Below are positions 37,146 to 51,415 of a DNA stretch of 64,000 nucleotides, one piece after another. Made by a program: the position numbers and the translations under genes. The stretch spans positions 239,136,001-239,200,000 of the forward strand of contig NC_086097.1 of assembly GCF_963921235.1 (NCBI RefSeq), given 5' to 3'. The stretch's first letter is position 1. The number at the start of each line of letters is the position of its first letter. Under the pieces are notes generated by a model. It saw nothing but the letters and a program-made list of their open reading frames with translations. It searched no databases and was not told where the DNA came from. This stretch comes from Mobula hypostoma. Taxonomy: Eukaryota.

Positions 37146-37519
37146 GTCCCCTGTCTACGATCCGCACTACGCAGTGCAGTGTGTGTTGCTTTCAGACAGG
37201 ATTTTGGCTACTCATGAAATAGACATGAAAAGTTACAAATAAGGTTAATGCAAGTAGGTTTTTTTGACTGAGTTTGGGCAAAACTAGAATTAAGGGTCAT
37301 AGGTTAAGGGTGAAAGGTGAACTATTAAGAGGAACATAAGGGGGAGATTACCTCAGTGGATGATGTGAATGTGGAGTGAGCTGCCATCGGAAATGATCAA
37401 TTGATTAGAGGTGGCTTCTTTACACAAAGTGTTGTGCACCTTTGGAATGAGCTGCCAGAAACAGCAGTTGAGGCAGGCAAATTAGTAACATTTAAAAGCT
37501 ACCTCGATAAGTACATCAA

Positions 37520-37735
37520 CAACACACACAAAATGCTGCAGAAACTCAGATAGCATCTACAGAGGGGAATAAACAGTTGACATTTCGGACAAAGTCCTGA
37601 TAAAGGGTCTCAGCCCGAGACATCGATTGCTTGTTCCCCTCCATAGATGCTAAGTTCCATAGGTTGCTAAGTCCCTCCAGCACTTTGTGTGTTTTGCTCA
37701 GGATTTCCATTATCTGCAGAATCTTCTCTGTTTAG
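37520..37735. mobile_element. Inverted pair of PLE tails (foldback) inside a CR1 3' remnant
   Basis: ACACACAAAATGCTG...CAGCACTTTGTGTGT arms; right arm starts AGTCCTGATAAAGGGTCTC. Confidence 0.75.
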
Positions 37736-38633
37736 GTAAGTACACAGTAAGAGGGATTTGGAGGATTATGGGTCAAACTTGGGCAGATGGGACTGACTGA
37801 CAATTGGCATGGACGACCTGGGCCAAAGAGCCTGCTGCCATGCTGTGTGGGTCAATGACTCCATGACCCTAAGGTGTATAAATCACTTCACCCTTTTTGG
37901 AACTTGAACTTTAATCATATTTAGTTTCTCTGTTCTAAGCTATCGTTTAATGATATTGTTTCTTCAATTAAATGTGTGATGATTTTCAGTTTCATTACCA
38001 TAAGACCATAAGATATCGGAGCACAAATAGACTATTTGGTCCATCAAGCCTGCTCCACCATTTCATCATTGCTGATCCATTTCTCTTTCAACCCCAATGT
38101 CCTGCCTTCTCCACATAAGTGAGGCTTTCAGCCTGCTCCAGGCTGCTCCGGGGTTCAGAATGCTGTCGTTCGCTTCAATTGTTTGCATGATTTGTACTTT
38201 TTCTTTTTCTTGCACATCGAGTCTTGGTCTTTTATTTTTATATTCTTTTTTTTTATTTAATTGATTTCTTTCAGGTTTGTTGCTTTGTGGCTACCTGTGA
38301 GCAGGCAAATCTGAAAGTTGTATAATTTAAACATTCTTTGATAATGAATGCACTTGAATCTGGAATCTTGAACCATGAAAAATAAATAATAAATTTATCT
38401 AATCACTTCCATTCCAGGAAGGTCTGAGTAAGGCGTACCAGTGGTATAGGTTGTCAATTATTAATACCCCATACTAACCTCATTATCATTTATCGGATCT
38501 AATGATATCTAACAATCATGATATACGTCCGTTTGTACGGCATATTGTTTTCCTTGACCTTTCTAGCACTAATTTTCTGCTAATCTTTATAAACGTCGTA
38601 CAAAAATTGTAACATATGTTGCCTAATGCAATT

Positions 38634-38985
38634 ATCATCATCATTATGTGCCATATCATATGGCGTGGGCAATCATGGTGTCATGATCATGATTATTCTT
38701 GGGAAATTTTGCTGCAGAAGTGGTTTGCCATTATCTTCTTCTGGGCAGTGTTTTTACAAGTTGAGTGACCCCAGCCACTATCAATACTCTTCAGAGAATA
38801 ATCGCCTGGCGTCACTGGACACAGAACCAGGCACCAGCTGCTCCCATGGCTTCACATGATCCTGATGGGTGGGTGGGGGGTGGGGGCTAAGCAGGTACTA
38901 CACCTTGCCCAAGTGTGACCTTCAGGCTAGCGGAAGGAACGCCTGCCTTACTCCTCCTTTGGTAGAGACTTTTCTCCACCCTACC
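38634..38985 (-). mobile_element. RTE-derived non-autonomous SINE-like element
   Basis: GGCAAACCACTTCTG RTE-type 3' motif and (GAT)n tail; matches 52247-52675. Confidence 0.65.
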
Positions 38986-39070
38986 ACTCAATAATTGAAG
39001 GACATTGCACTCAATGCCAATAATTAAAGAACTTCAGCAGTCTACAAAATGTATGTTTTAAATATATGAC

Positions 39071-41733
39071 AGAACATAGAACATAGAATAGTACAGCACA
39101 TTACAGGCCCTTTGGCCCACAATGTTGTGCTGACCCTCAAACCCTGTCTCCCCTGTAACCCCCCACCTTAAATTCCTCCATATACCTGTCTAGTAGTCTC
39201 TTAAACTTCACTAGTGTATCTGCCTCCACCACTGACTCAGGCAGTGCATTCCACGCACCAACCACTCTCTGAGTAAAAAACCTTCCTCTAATATCCCCCT
39301 TGAACTTCCCACCCCTTACCTTAAAGCCATGTCCTCTTCTATTGAGCAGTGGTGCCCTGGGGAAGAGGTGCTAGCTGTCCACTCTATCTATTCCTCTTAT
39401 TATCTTGTACACCTCTATCATGTCTCGTCGCATCCTCCTTCTCGCCAAAGAGTAAAGCCCTAGCTCCCTTAATCTCTGATCATAATGCATACTCTCTAAA
39501 CCAGGCAGCATCCTGGTAAATCTCCTCTGTACCCTTTCCAATGCTTCCACATCCTTCCTATAGTGAGGCGACCAGAACTGGACACAGTACTCCAAGTGTG
39601 GCCTAACCAGAGTTTTATAGAGCTGCATCATTACATCGCGACTCTTAAACTCTATCCCTCGACTTATGAAAACTAACACCCCATAAGCTTTCTTAACTAC
39701 CCTATCTACCTGTGAGGCAACTTTCAGGGATCTGTGGAATGTACCCCCAGATCCCTCTGCTCCTCCACACTACCAAGTATCCTGCCATTTACTTTGAACT
39801 CTGTCTTGGAGTTTGTCCTTCCAAAGTGTACCACCTCACACTTCTCCGGGTTGAACTCTATCTGCCACTTCTCAGCCCACTTCTGCATCCTATCAATGTC
39901 TCTCTGCAATCTTCAACAATCCTGTACACTATCTACAAAACCACTAACCTTTGTGTCATCTGCAAACTTGCCAACCCACCCTTCTACCCCCAAATCCAGG
40001 ACGTTAATAAAAATCACGAAAAGTAGGAGGTCCCAGAACAGATCCTTGTGGGACACCACTAGTCACAATCCTCCAATCTGAATGTACTCCCTCCACCACA
40101 ACCCTCTGCCTTCTGCAGGCAAGCCAATTCTGAATCCACCTGGCCAAACTTCCCTGGATCCCATGCCTTCTGACTTTCTGAATAAGCCTACCATGTGGAA
40201 CCTTGTCAAATGCCTTACTAAAATCCATATAGATCACATCCACTGCGCTACCCTCATTTATATGCCTGGTCACCTCCTCAAAAAACTCTATCAGGCTTGT
40301 TAGACACTATCTGCTCTTCACAAAGCCATGCTGACTGTCCCTGATCAGACCATGATTCTCTAAATGCCCAGAGATCCTATCTCTAAGAATCTTTTCCAAT
40401 AGCTTTCCCACTACAGACGTAAGGCTCACTGGTCTATAATTACCCAGACTATCCCTACTACCTTTTTTGAACAATGGGACAACATTTGCCTCCCTCCAAT
40501 CCTCCAGTACCATTCCCGTGGACAACGAGGACATAAAGATCCTAGCCACAGACTCAGCAATCCCTTCCCTCACTTTGTGGAGCAGCCTGGGGAATATTCA
40601 GTCAGGCCCCGGGGACTTATCCGTCCTAATGTATTTTAACAATTCCGATACCTCCTCTCACTTAATATCAACATGCTCCAGAACGTCAACCTCACTCATA
40701 TTGTCCTCACCATCATCAAGTTCCCTCTCATTGGTGAATACCGAAGAGAAGTATTCATTGAGGACCTCACGCACTTCCACAGTCTCCAGGCACTTCTTCC
40801 CACCTTTATCTCTAATCGGTCCTACCTTCACTCCTGTCATCCTTTTTTTCTTCACATTATTGAAGAATGCCTTGGGGTTTTCCTTTACCCTACTCACCAA
40901 GGCCTTCTCATACCCCCTTCTTGCTCTTCTCAGCCCCTCCTTAAGCTCCTTTCTTGCTTCCCTACATTCCTCAATAGACCCATCTGATCCTTGCTTCCTA
41001 AATATCATGTATGCTGCCTTCTTCCTCCTGACTAGATTTTGCACCTCACTTGTCACCCATGGTTCCTTCACCCTACCATTCTTTATCTTCCTCACCGGGA
41101 CAAATTTATCCCTTGCATCCTGCAAGAGATCCCTAAATATCAACCACATGTCCATAGTACATTTCCCTGCAAAAACATCATCCCAATTCACACCTGCAAG
41201 TTCTAGCCTTATAGCCTCATAATTTGCCCTTCCCCAATTAAAACTTTTCCTGTCCTCTCTGATTCTATCCTTTTCCATGATAATGCTAAAGGCTAGGGAG
41301 CGGTGGTCACTGTCCCCCAGATGCTCACCCACTGAGATATCTGTGACCTGACCCGGTTCATTACCTAGTACTAGATCTAGTATGACATTCCCCCTAGTCG
41401 GCCTGTCCACATACTGTGACAGGAATCCATCCTGGACACACTTAACAAACTCTGCCCCATCTAAACCCTTGGAACTAATCAGGTGCCAATCAATATTAGG
41501 GAATTTAACGTCACCCATGATAACAACCCTGTTATTTTTGCACCTTTCTAAAATCTGCCTCCCAATCTGCTCCTCTGTATCTCTGTTGCTATCAGGGGCC
41601 CTATAGAATACCCCCAATAGAGTAACTGCTCCCTTCCTGTTCCTGACTTCCACCCATACTGACTCAAAAGAGGATCTTGATACATTACCCACCCTTTCTG
41701 TAGCTGTAATAGTATCCCTGACCAGTAATGCCA
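39071..41733 (-). mobile_element. CR1 (third subfamily), APE-RT-3'UTR with frameshifts
   Basis: 344-aa APE/linker ORF 40658-41692 plus RT fragments; (TTCTATG)n tail. Confidence 0.93.
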
Positions 41734-41734
41734 G

Positions 41735-43208
41735 AAGTTACAAGCAAAGATAATTAACCTTATAGCTTTTACCAGATGACTGGAAAATTGCAATTGTTAC
41801 TCCGCTACTTAAGAAGGGTTGGTGGCAGCAGAAAGAAATCTATAGATCTGTTAGCCCGACATCAGTGGTTGGGAAGTTGTTGGAATTGATTGGTAGGGAT
41901 GAAATTACAGAGAACCTGGAGGCACATGACAAGATAGGCCAAAGCCAGCATGGTTTCCTGAAAGGAAAATCCTGCCTGACAAACCTACTGCAACTCTTTG
42001 AGGAAATTATAAGCAGTGTAGACAAAATAGATGCAGTAGATGTGATGCACTTGGATTTTCAGAAGGCCTTTGACAAGGTGCCACACATGAGGATGCTTAG
42101 CAAGATAAGAGCCCATGGAATTAACAGGAAAATTACTGGTGTGGGTGGGGCATTGGCTGGATGGCAGAAAACAGAGAGTGGGAATAAAGGGACCCTATTC
42201 TGGCTGGCTGCTGGTTACCAGTGGAGTTCCACGGGGGTCGGTGTTGGGACCGCTGCTTTTTACGAAGAACGTGAATGATTTGGACTACAATATTAATGGA
42301 TTGTGCCTAAATTTGCCGATGATACAAAGATTAGGTGCACGAGCGTGTAGTGTTGAGGAAACAGACAGCCTGTAGAGAGTCTTAGATAGTTTAGAGGAAT
42401 GGGCAAAGAAGTGGCAAATGAAATGCAATGTTGGAAAGTGATTGGTCATGCACTTTGGTGGAAGAAATAAGTGGGCAGACTATTATTTATATGGGGAGAG
42501 AATTCAAAATGCAGAGATGCAAAGGGACTTGGGAGTCCTTGTGCAAGATACCCTAAAGGTTAACCTCCAGGTTGAGTCGTTTGTGAAGAAGGTTTCTTGA
42601 GGTGTGGAACATAAGAGCAGGGAGGCTCGAAAAGGCACTCATGAGACCACACTTGGAGTATTGTGTAAAGTTTTGGTCTCCTTATTTTAGAAAGGATATA
42701 CTGACATTGGAGAGGGATCAGAGAAGATTCACGAGAATGATTCCAGGAATAAACAGATTAGCGTATGAGGAATGTCTGGCAGCTCTTGGGCTATATTCCC
42801 TGGAGTTCAGGAGAATGAGGGGGGATCCCATAGAAAGTTTCCAAATGTTAAAAGGCCTGAACAGATTAGATCGGCAAAATTATTTACCATGTTAGGGGAT
42901 TCTAGGACAAGAGGGCACAACTCAGAATTGAAGGACATCCTTTTAAAACTGAGATGCAAAGAAATTACTTTAGTCAGAGGGTGGTAAATCAGTGGAATTT
43001 GTTGCCACGAGCGGCTGTGGAGGCCAAGTCATTGAGTGCATTTAAGGCCAAGATAGATAAGTTCTTGATCAGCCAGGGCATCAAAGGGTATGGGGAGAAG
43101 GCAGGGCAGTGGGGATGACTGGAAGACTGCATGATTGAATGGTGGAGAAGACTTGATGGGCTGAATGACCCACTTCTGCTCCTATATCTTATGGTGTTAT
43201 GGTCTTAT
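41735..43208 (+). mobile_element. Old CR1 RT-3' portion
   Basis: ORF fragments 41865-42278 and 42602-42895; TCTTATGG tail. Confidence 0.88.
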
Positions 43209-43761
43209 ATTTATTACTGAAATATTGAAATAGAGGCATGAATATGAATAGATAGAGAGCAGGAAGATTAAAGGAGAGTTAGTGTCTCGAACTAGAGAAG
43301 AGGATAAAGTAGACACTGAAACAAGTTTTGAAGAGATGAATGTGACAATGTCAATCTCTACAAAAATAAAAATTAGATTTGGGTATAGATCAATGATCTT
43401 TTGGTTATGAAGGAGAAAAGGCTTAAATCACAGCAGGATTGGAATATCTTTTCAAAGAGATGTTTTAGTGTCTTGATAGAGTTGACTATAAAGCATATTG
43501 GCTCCTCCATAACCCTGATTACATTTATCTGCTGCAGCCAATTTTACAAGAGCACAAGGTGATAATATTCTGCTCAAACAATATATAAGTGACATGGTTA
43601 GGAAAGCTGCCTCCGTACTGAATGATAAATGCTGTTGACAGCTAATATACCTTGACATTGAAAGAGCGAAGAATGAAATATTGAAATGTACGGAAAATAG
43701 CAAAACATCAAGGAATACCATTGCAGATGTACTAACCATGTTAGAATGAAAAGGAATTGAA

Positions 43762-44336
43762 GCTCCTAAGTCCCTTTGTACCTCTTCTTTTCTGAATTTG
43801 CCTCCTGTTTATAAAATATCTATGCTTTTATTCCTTCTGCTAAAGTATATGACCATACACTTTCTGATATTGTATTCCATCTGCTATTTCTCTGCTCAGT
43901 TTCCTAATCTATCTAAGTCCTTCTGCAGATTCCCTGATTCTGCCCTGCTTCTATCTTCATATCATTCACAAACTTGGTCACTAAAGCCATCAATTCTATC
44001 ATCCAAATCATTGACATGTAACATAAAAGAAAGCATTTTTATGAAGGGGTCCTAGCACTGGCCCTTGTGGAACATCGCTATCCACAGGCTGCCAAACAGA
44101 AAGGGCCCCTGTTATTCCCACTCTTTGCCCTCTGCCAGTCAGCCAATCTCCTAACCATGCTAGTATCTTCCCTGTAATACCATGGGCTCTTATCTTGTTA
44201 AGCAGCCTCATGTGTGGCACCTTGTCAAAGGCCCTCTGAAAATCCAGGTAAAGAACATCCACTGACTCTTCTTTATCCATACTGCCTGTTATTTCCTTAA
44301 AGAATTCCAACAGATCTGTCAGGCAAGATTTCCCCA
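43762..44336 (-). mobile_element. Old CR1 RT fragment
   Basis: Peptide YLDFQRAFDKVPH...VPQGPVLGP. Confidence 0.85.
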
Positions 44337-44740
44337 GAAATCTAGAATCTGCATATTGGGTGGTAGTTAAAGATAAACAGTAATTTTATTTTAAAAGGAG
44401 AAGAACAATAAGCAGCGCAACATAAATGAAAGTGAATTAGGACAACATATCTTGAGATTTGATAGTGATAGGGCCTCATAGAGATGATCCAGCAATCAGG
44501 AGATTATGGGAAGCCAAGGGATCTGGCAGTTGTCATTGGGAGAAGGAAGATATAACTAGATTTTCAAACATTTTATATTACATTCTGGCATAACGACAAC
44601 TGGAAATGTCATGCTTAATGAGAATGGCTTTTTCACTTGAAAAAAATTGTCCAAGTGATAAGGGATTCATTATTTATGCAGATTTTATGTGCATAATTGT
44701 GCTTATGTAGCTGCTTAGGACAAGCTGAATCACATACTAA

Positions 44741-45200
44741 GCAACACACACAAAATGCTGGAGGAACTCAGCAGGTCAGGCAGCAACTATGGAAATGAAT
44801 ATACAGTCAATGTTTCAGGCTTCCCCCTTCTTCAGGACTGAAAAGAAAAGGGGAAGATCCAGAATAAAAAGGTGGGGGGAGGGGAAGGAGGCTAGCTGGA
44901 AAGTGACAGGTGAAGCCAGGAGGGTGGGAAAGGCCAAAGGCTGGAGAAGAAGGAAACTGACAGGAGAGAAGGGTGGACCTTTCCTACCCACCTGGCTTCT
45001 CCTATCATCTTCCAGCTTGCCTCCCCCTCCCCCCACCTTTCTATTCTGTTGTCTACACACTTCCTTCTTAGTCCTGAAGAAGGGTCTCACCAACACGTTG
45101 ACTGTTTACTGCTCTCAATAGATGCTGACTGGCCTTCTGAGTTCCTCCAGCGTTTCGTGTATGTTCCCATGGATTTCATGCATCTGCAGACTTCCTTGTA
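44741..45200. mobile_element. Inverted pair of PLE 3' ends (~450-bp foldback)
   Basis: Left arm is minus, right arm is plus, and each has a decayed HHR (CTGAAGAAGGG). Confidence 0.8.
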
Positions 45201-45669
45201 TTTTTAATCATATACTCTTTATTTCATCCTTTAGTGCCCTAAATCAAAAACACACTAAACTACAATATGATCTGCTAGCCCTCTCACTAGTATGAAAGAG
45301 CATGCATCATTCTGTTCATATATCTTTCCAGAGAAAGAAAGTTCTGTCATTCTGGGTCGAGCTTGTACCAGTCCTGACTGAGGTTACCCAACAATGATCA
45401 TTTCAGACATGGAGAAAGGAATTATGTATTATATCACTCAACACATGGAGATTAACTGTGCATGAGTGGATTGCAAAATAAATTGATTTCCGATGCACTT
45501 CATCCCATCGCCATTAAATTCTGCCAGAAGTGACGGAAAATAAGAGAATCTCAAAATTTAATATAGTTTTCTTTTTGCTACATATTTATAGATTCCATCT
45601 CAACCCCAAAGCTGTTACAGTTTGATTATGTCTTTATATTTCCTTCTCTGTCTCTGCAAAATTTTAATA

Positions 45670-47840
45670 CGCAGAATCAAACAGGAAACAGCCTAACCCA
45701 ATGCCTTTTAAATAATTGTCGGGGACTTTAATCAGTCTTGATTAAAGAAATCTCAGCCCAATTATCATCAACATTAAACCTGCAGCACCTGTTGTCCCAA
45801 AACAATTAACCACTATCACGGTACAATTAGGAATGCCTACAGTTTGATCCCTAGACCGTATTTTGGGAAATCTGATCATCTGCCTGTCCTCCCTCTACCT
45901 GCACGCAGGCAGTGGCTAAAGAGCAAAACTCCAGAGGTAAGGACAATGAAGAGGTGGTCACAGGAGGCAATGGAGCAACTATGGGATTGCTTCGAGTCGG
46001 TGGACTGGGTTATGTTCACAGACTCATCAGGCAATCTGAAAGAATACGCCATGGTTGTCATGGACTTTATAAGAGAGTTGTGGACAAGTGTGTCCCCACA
46101 AGGCCATTCAGTCTTCCCCAACCAGAAACCCTGGATGAACCAAGAGATCCAGAATCTGCTGAGGGCCAGATCAGTGGTGTTAGGGTCTAGCCTCCAAGAG
46201 AAATACAAGAGATCCAGGTATGACCTCTGGAAAGCCATCTTATATGCAAAGTGGCAATTCTGAAGCAAAGTTGAATCACAGAAGCATGCTCAATAGCTGG
46301 GGCAGAACGTGAATGCTATCACCTCGTACAAAGTGAAACCGAACAACACACGGGTCAACAAGGTTTTGCTCCCAGATGAGCTCAATGCCTTTTAGGTTCA
46401 CTTTGACAAACAAAACACTGAGGCACTTTCACAGACTCCTAGAGCCCCCGACGACCCTGTGATTTCAGTCTCTGAGGCCAATATGAGAGCATCCTTCAGG
46501 GGGGTGAACCCACAGAAAGCATCCAGCCCAGACGGGTAACTGGCCGAGTACTAAAGTGCTAATCAACTGCCTAGCATGTTTACTGACATCTCTAACCTAT
46601 TGATTCAGCAGGCTTCAATCATTTTGCCGTCGAAGAACGTGGTAATCTGCCTCATTGACTATTGTCCAGTAGCACTTACATCCACAGTGATGAAGGGCTT
46701 TCAGAGGTTGATGATGAAACATTTCAATTCCTGCCTGAGGAGCAACTTGGGAACCTGCTACAATTTGCCTATCATCTCAGCAGGTCTACAGGAGATGCCA
46801 TTTCATTGCCAATTCATCACTCAAACCTGATACATCTTAACAGTGATGATGCATAAATCAGGATGCTCTTCTTCGACTACAGCTCTGCATTCAATACGAC
46901 TATCCTCTCAAAACTAATCAATAAGCTCCAAGACCTTGGCTTCGATGCCTGCTTCTTCAACCGGATCCTCGATTTCCTCACTTGCAGACCCCAGTCAGTT
47001 TGATTGGCAACAGCATCTTCCCCACAATCTCCCTAAGCAGAGGTACACCTCAAGGCTGCGTGCTCTGCCCCCTCCTCTACTCGCTTTACACATGTTACTG
47101 TGAGGCTAAGCACAGATCCAATGGCATATTCAACTTTCCTGACGATGTCACTGTCACTGTCAAAGGTGCTAACAAATCAGCATGTAGGAGGGAGATTGAA
47201 AATCTGGCTGAGTGGTGCCTCAACGACCAGCCTCTCACTCAAAGTCAGTGAAACCAAATAGCTGATTATTGACTACAGGAGGAGGAGACTGGTTGTATCA
47301 CAGCTTAGTATGAGAACACCAATGCCTTGAACAGAAAAACCTACAAAAGGTAGTCAATAGTCAAAAAGTAGCCCAAACTATGACAGGTAAAAAGCCCACC
47401 CCACTATTGAGCACGTCTACCAGCTGCACCGTCATCGGAAAGCAGCATCCATTATCAAAGGTGCCCACCATCAAACCATGCTCTCTTCTCACTGCTGCCC
47501 TCGGGAAGGAGGTACAGGAGATTCAATTCCCACACCATCAGATTCAAAAACAGTAATAACTCCTCATCCCTCAGGCTCTTGAACTAGTTGGGATAACTTC
47601 AATCACCCCAATACTGAACTGGTTCCACAATCTATGCACTCATTTTAAGGACTCTACACTCATGTTCTAGATATGCATTGCTTTCTTTTTATCATTTTTT
47701 TTGTCTTTGCACAGTTTTTTGTCCTTGCACATCGGTTGTGTGTCTGTCTTTGTCTTATGTGGTTTTTCATTGATTCTACTCTGTTTCCTTTATTTATTAT
47801 GAATGCCTGCAATGAATTGAAGGGTGGTATATGGTGACAT
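45670..47840 (+). mobile_element. Rex1/Babar LINE remnant
   Basis: Peptides PYFGKSDHLPV, DYCPVALTSTVMK and TPQGCVLCPLLY. Confidence 0.85.
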
Positions 47841-47842
47841 AG

Positions 47843-48456
47843 CAACATGCACAAAATGCTGGAGGAACTCAGCAGGCCAGGCAGTAACCATGGAAAAAAG
47901 TACAGTCGACATTTCAGCTGAGATCCTCCAACAGGACTGGAGAAAAAACACTGAGGAGTAGATTGAAAAAGTTGGGGAGGGGAGAAACACCAGGTGGCAG
48001 GAAAAACTGGGAGTGGGAGGGATGAAGTAGAGCTAAGAGGTTGGTTGGTGAAAGAGATACAGGGCTGGAGAAGGGGGAGCCCAATAGGAGAGAACAGAAG
48101 GTCATGGAAGAAAGAAAAGGGGGAGGGGCACCAGAGGGAGGTGATGGGCAGGCATGGAGTTAAGGTGAGAGAGGGAAAAAGGGATGGGGAATGATGAAGG
48201 TTGGGGGGGTAAGCATTACTGAAAGTTTGAGAAGTCAATGTTCATGCCATCAGGTTGGAGGCTACCCAGATGGAATATAAGGTGTTGTTCCTCCAACCTG
48301 AGTGTGGCCTCATTGTAACAGTAGAGGAGGCCATGGATTGACATATCGGAATGGGAATGGGAAGTGAAATTAAAATGGGTGACCACTGGGAGATCCTGGA
48401 TCTTCTGGCAGATGGAGCATAGGTGCTCAGTGAAACGGTCTCCCAATCTACGTCTG
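47843..48456 (-). mobile_element. Penelope-like element 3' end with GIY-YIG C-terminus
   Basis: Peptide RRLGDRFTEH...VVTHFN...RLEEQHLIFHLGSLQPDGMNIDFSNFQ*; decayed HHR at ~47903-47940. Confidence 0.88.
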
Positions 48457-49815
48457 CCCCATGATTCCATCATTACTGATTTATTATCCCTCTCAACCCC
48501 ATTCCCCATAACCTTTCACGCCTTGAATAATCAAGAACCTATCAACCTCAGCTTTAAATATACACAGTCTTCACAGCCATCTGTGGCAAAAAAATTCCAC
48601 ACATGCACCACCATCTTGCGAGAGAAATTCCTCATCATGTCTCTTCTAAATGGACGTCCCCCTATTCTGAGGCTGTGCCCTCTGGTCCTATACTCCTCCA
48701 ATATAGGGAACAACCTCTCCATATCCACTCTACCTAGACCTATCAATATTTGTTAGCTTTCAATGAGATTCCCCCTCTTTCTTCTAAATGTCAGTGAGTA
48801 CAGGTGCAGAGACACCAAGTGCTCCTCATATAATAATCCTTTCATTCCCGAATAATTCTCATTGGCCCATCTTCTATGGAAACTCTCTAATTCCCCACAT
48901 CTTTTCTTAGAAAAGTGATCTAAAACTGCTCACAATAGTCCAAGTGTGGTCCAAACCATAAAGATTCTGTATTACATCCTTGCTCTTATATTCTAGTCCT
49001 CTCAAAATGAATGCTAACATTGCAATTGCCTTCCTTACCACCAGTTCAACCTGCAAGTCAACCTTCTGGAAACCCTGCACCCTTCTGAAAATTCAAGTGA
49101 ATGACATCCACTGACTCTTCTTTGTCTATCCAAATTCCAAAGTTCAAAGTACATTTATTCTCAAAGTGTATATACTACATACAACCTTGAGATTCTGAGA
49201 TTTATGGAGTGAGTTCGCAGCCACAACACCAGTCATCACTGCAACCAGTCCCGTAGCCTGTTAGTTGCAGGCCACAACCTTAGTTCAAGGCAGAGATGAG
49301 CAAACTTCACTGAGCAGTGAGCTCAGCCTGTCTCTCGCCCCTGGCCCCAACACCGTGAACTTTTCAATTTGGCCCGGCGCTTCAATTGGCCAAACCTTAG
49401 GTCATTTCTCATCCTAGGGTCTGGCCCCTGCCTGTTATTTCCTCAAAGAATTCTAACAGATCGGTCAGGCGAGAAGGAAACCATGCTGACTTTGGCCTAT
49501 TCTATCGTATACCTCCAAGTATTCCGAAACCTCATCCTTAACAATGGATTCCAACATCTTCCCAACCACTTAGGTCAAGCTTACTGACCTATAGATTCCT
49601 TTCTTCTGTCTCCCTCCCGACTTAAAGAGTAGAGTGGCATTTGCAATTTTCCAGTCCTCTGGACCAATTCCAAACTCTAGTGATTCTTGAAAGATCATTA
49701 CTAATACCTTCATAATCACTTCAGCTACCTCTTTCAGAACCCTGGAGTGTATTCCATCTGGTCCAGGTGACCTACCTACCTTCAGACATTTCAGCCTCCC
49801 ATGTACCTTCTCCTT
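48457..49815 (-). mobile_element. Old CR1 with deletions and an internal insertion
   Basis: Peptides TRGHSLRIGGRPF and SPGPDGIHSRVLKE. Confidence 0.8.
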
Positions 49816-50994
49816 AGCAAAGTCAGAGGACAGTGCCCTAGTTTTTATTAGTACAGTTGCCACAGATAACTGTTTAACTGCCATACAAAAACCACCTCTT
49901 CGCCACAGAAGTTCTTGCTTCAGTGAAAGAAGGTAAGATCAGGTGAGGCTGAGAGGAGGAAAGAATGATTTGGCAGAGGCTCAGACCAGCATGTAATTCA
50001 CAAGAGATTCTAGGATGAACAGGAAGCAGGCTGTGTGAGACAAGACTATTGGGTCCTACAGATCTGAAAACAAAGGAGAGAATTTGAAAATTGAGGAATT
50101 ACATAAATGGGTGAAAGCAAGTTAGTGACTCCAAGCATAATGTGTGAACACGGCTTGACATGTGTTAGGATATTCACAACAGAATACTGGTGAGTTCAGG
50201 TGCATGTAAACTAGAATGTGAGGACAGTCAGAGGTTTAAACATTCATCCAATTCTACTTGGTTTTTTTTTGAATAAACATAGCTTTATCTTATATTTTTA
50301 ACATCTATAACTGCATGCAAAATCTACCATTCGTATCTCCTTTTGCATTGATCATCTGGCATGAAAGCAACACAGCACTTTTAATCAAAGCTTTCAAGCC
50401 AGCTTCTTATAAATGTAATTATCTTGCTGCATAATTTCAGAATTAATTCAGGTAAGACATCTAAAGGTCTTAAGAATAGATGATTTTATTGCTTTGAAAC
50501 AATTGTGTTCCTCTTGCCCTATGCATTACTTCACTAGCCAATCTAGAAATACTGTCCCTCTAATCAAATCTTAATTTAGTTCCTTATTTTTGAAAAAATA
50601 TAATAAAGGTTAGTCCTAATAAGCATAATGTCCCACTGATACATCTCAAATTAATAAAGTTACTTCCAAAATATATTATGATGACAGTTGTACTCAACAT
50701 ATTAACAATAATAATCATTATATTATTTAATATACGGGTGTTGCTGGGACTGGAGGACATGAGCAACAAGTATTTTGCTGGGACTGGAGGACATGAGTTA
50801 TAAGGAAAGATTGAATAGTTTAGAATGTTATTCCCTAGAACGTAAAAGATTGAGGAGAGATTTGCCAAGGTACGTAAAATTATGAGAGGTATAGATTGGG
50901 TTAGGGTGGCAGGGTGGAGGGGTGGAGATATTTCTCTGCCAAAGGAGGTGTAAGGTGCTCCTTTCCTCTGCTGGCCTGCAGGTCACCCTTGGGC

Positions 50995-51415
50995 ATCATC
51001 ATCCGCTTTGCCACCAGATCAGTGAGGTTGCGTTCTGCAGTGGTTTCCCTGGCGGCTAATGTCAATCCACAACGAGCTAGCCAAGGATTGATTAGGGAGC
51101 ATAACAGTTACCTTAGATCTGCTCTGGGCATCTGCACAAACAAACCACTGTCTCTTCACCCGGAATAGTCAACCCTCTTGTCTCCTAGTGATTGAGAGAT
51201 CCACAGCTGCCCAAGGTGAAGTAGTTTATTGTATACAAGGTAGGTCAGCGGAAACCTGATTAGGGACGCATAAACACCACTGGACGAGACATGCCCTGAT
51301 GAAGGTGGCAGTATTTGTCATTGAAACGTCAGTTAAAATCAATACCTATACCCGGCTGGAAGCCCAAGAAGAGATCTTCCATCATATACGCTGGGAAAGC
51401 ACTGGATTCTTTTTC
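50995..51415 (+). mobile_element. Penelope-like second-family terminal region with HHR core
   Basis: CTGATGA-AGGTGGCAGTATTTGTCATT-GAAA-CGTC at 51296-51330; homologous to 34929-35150. Confidence 0.7.
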
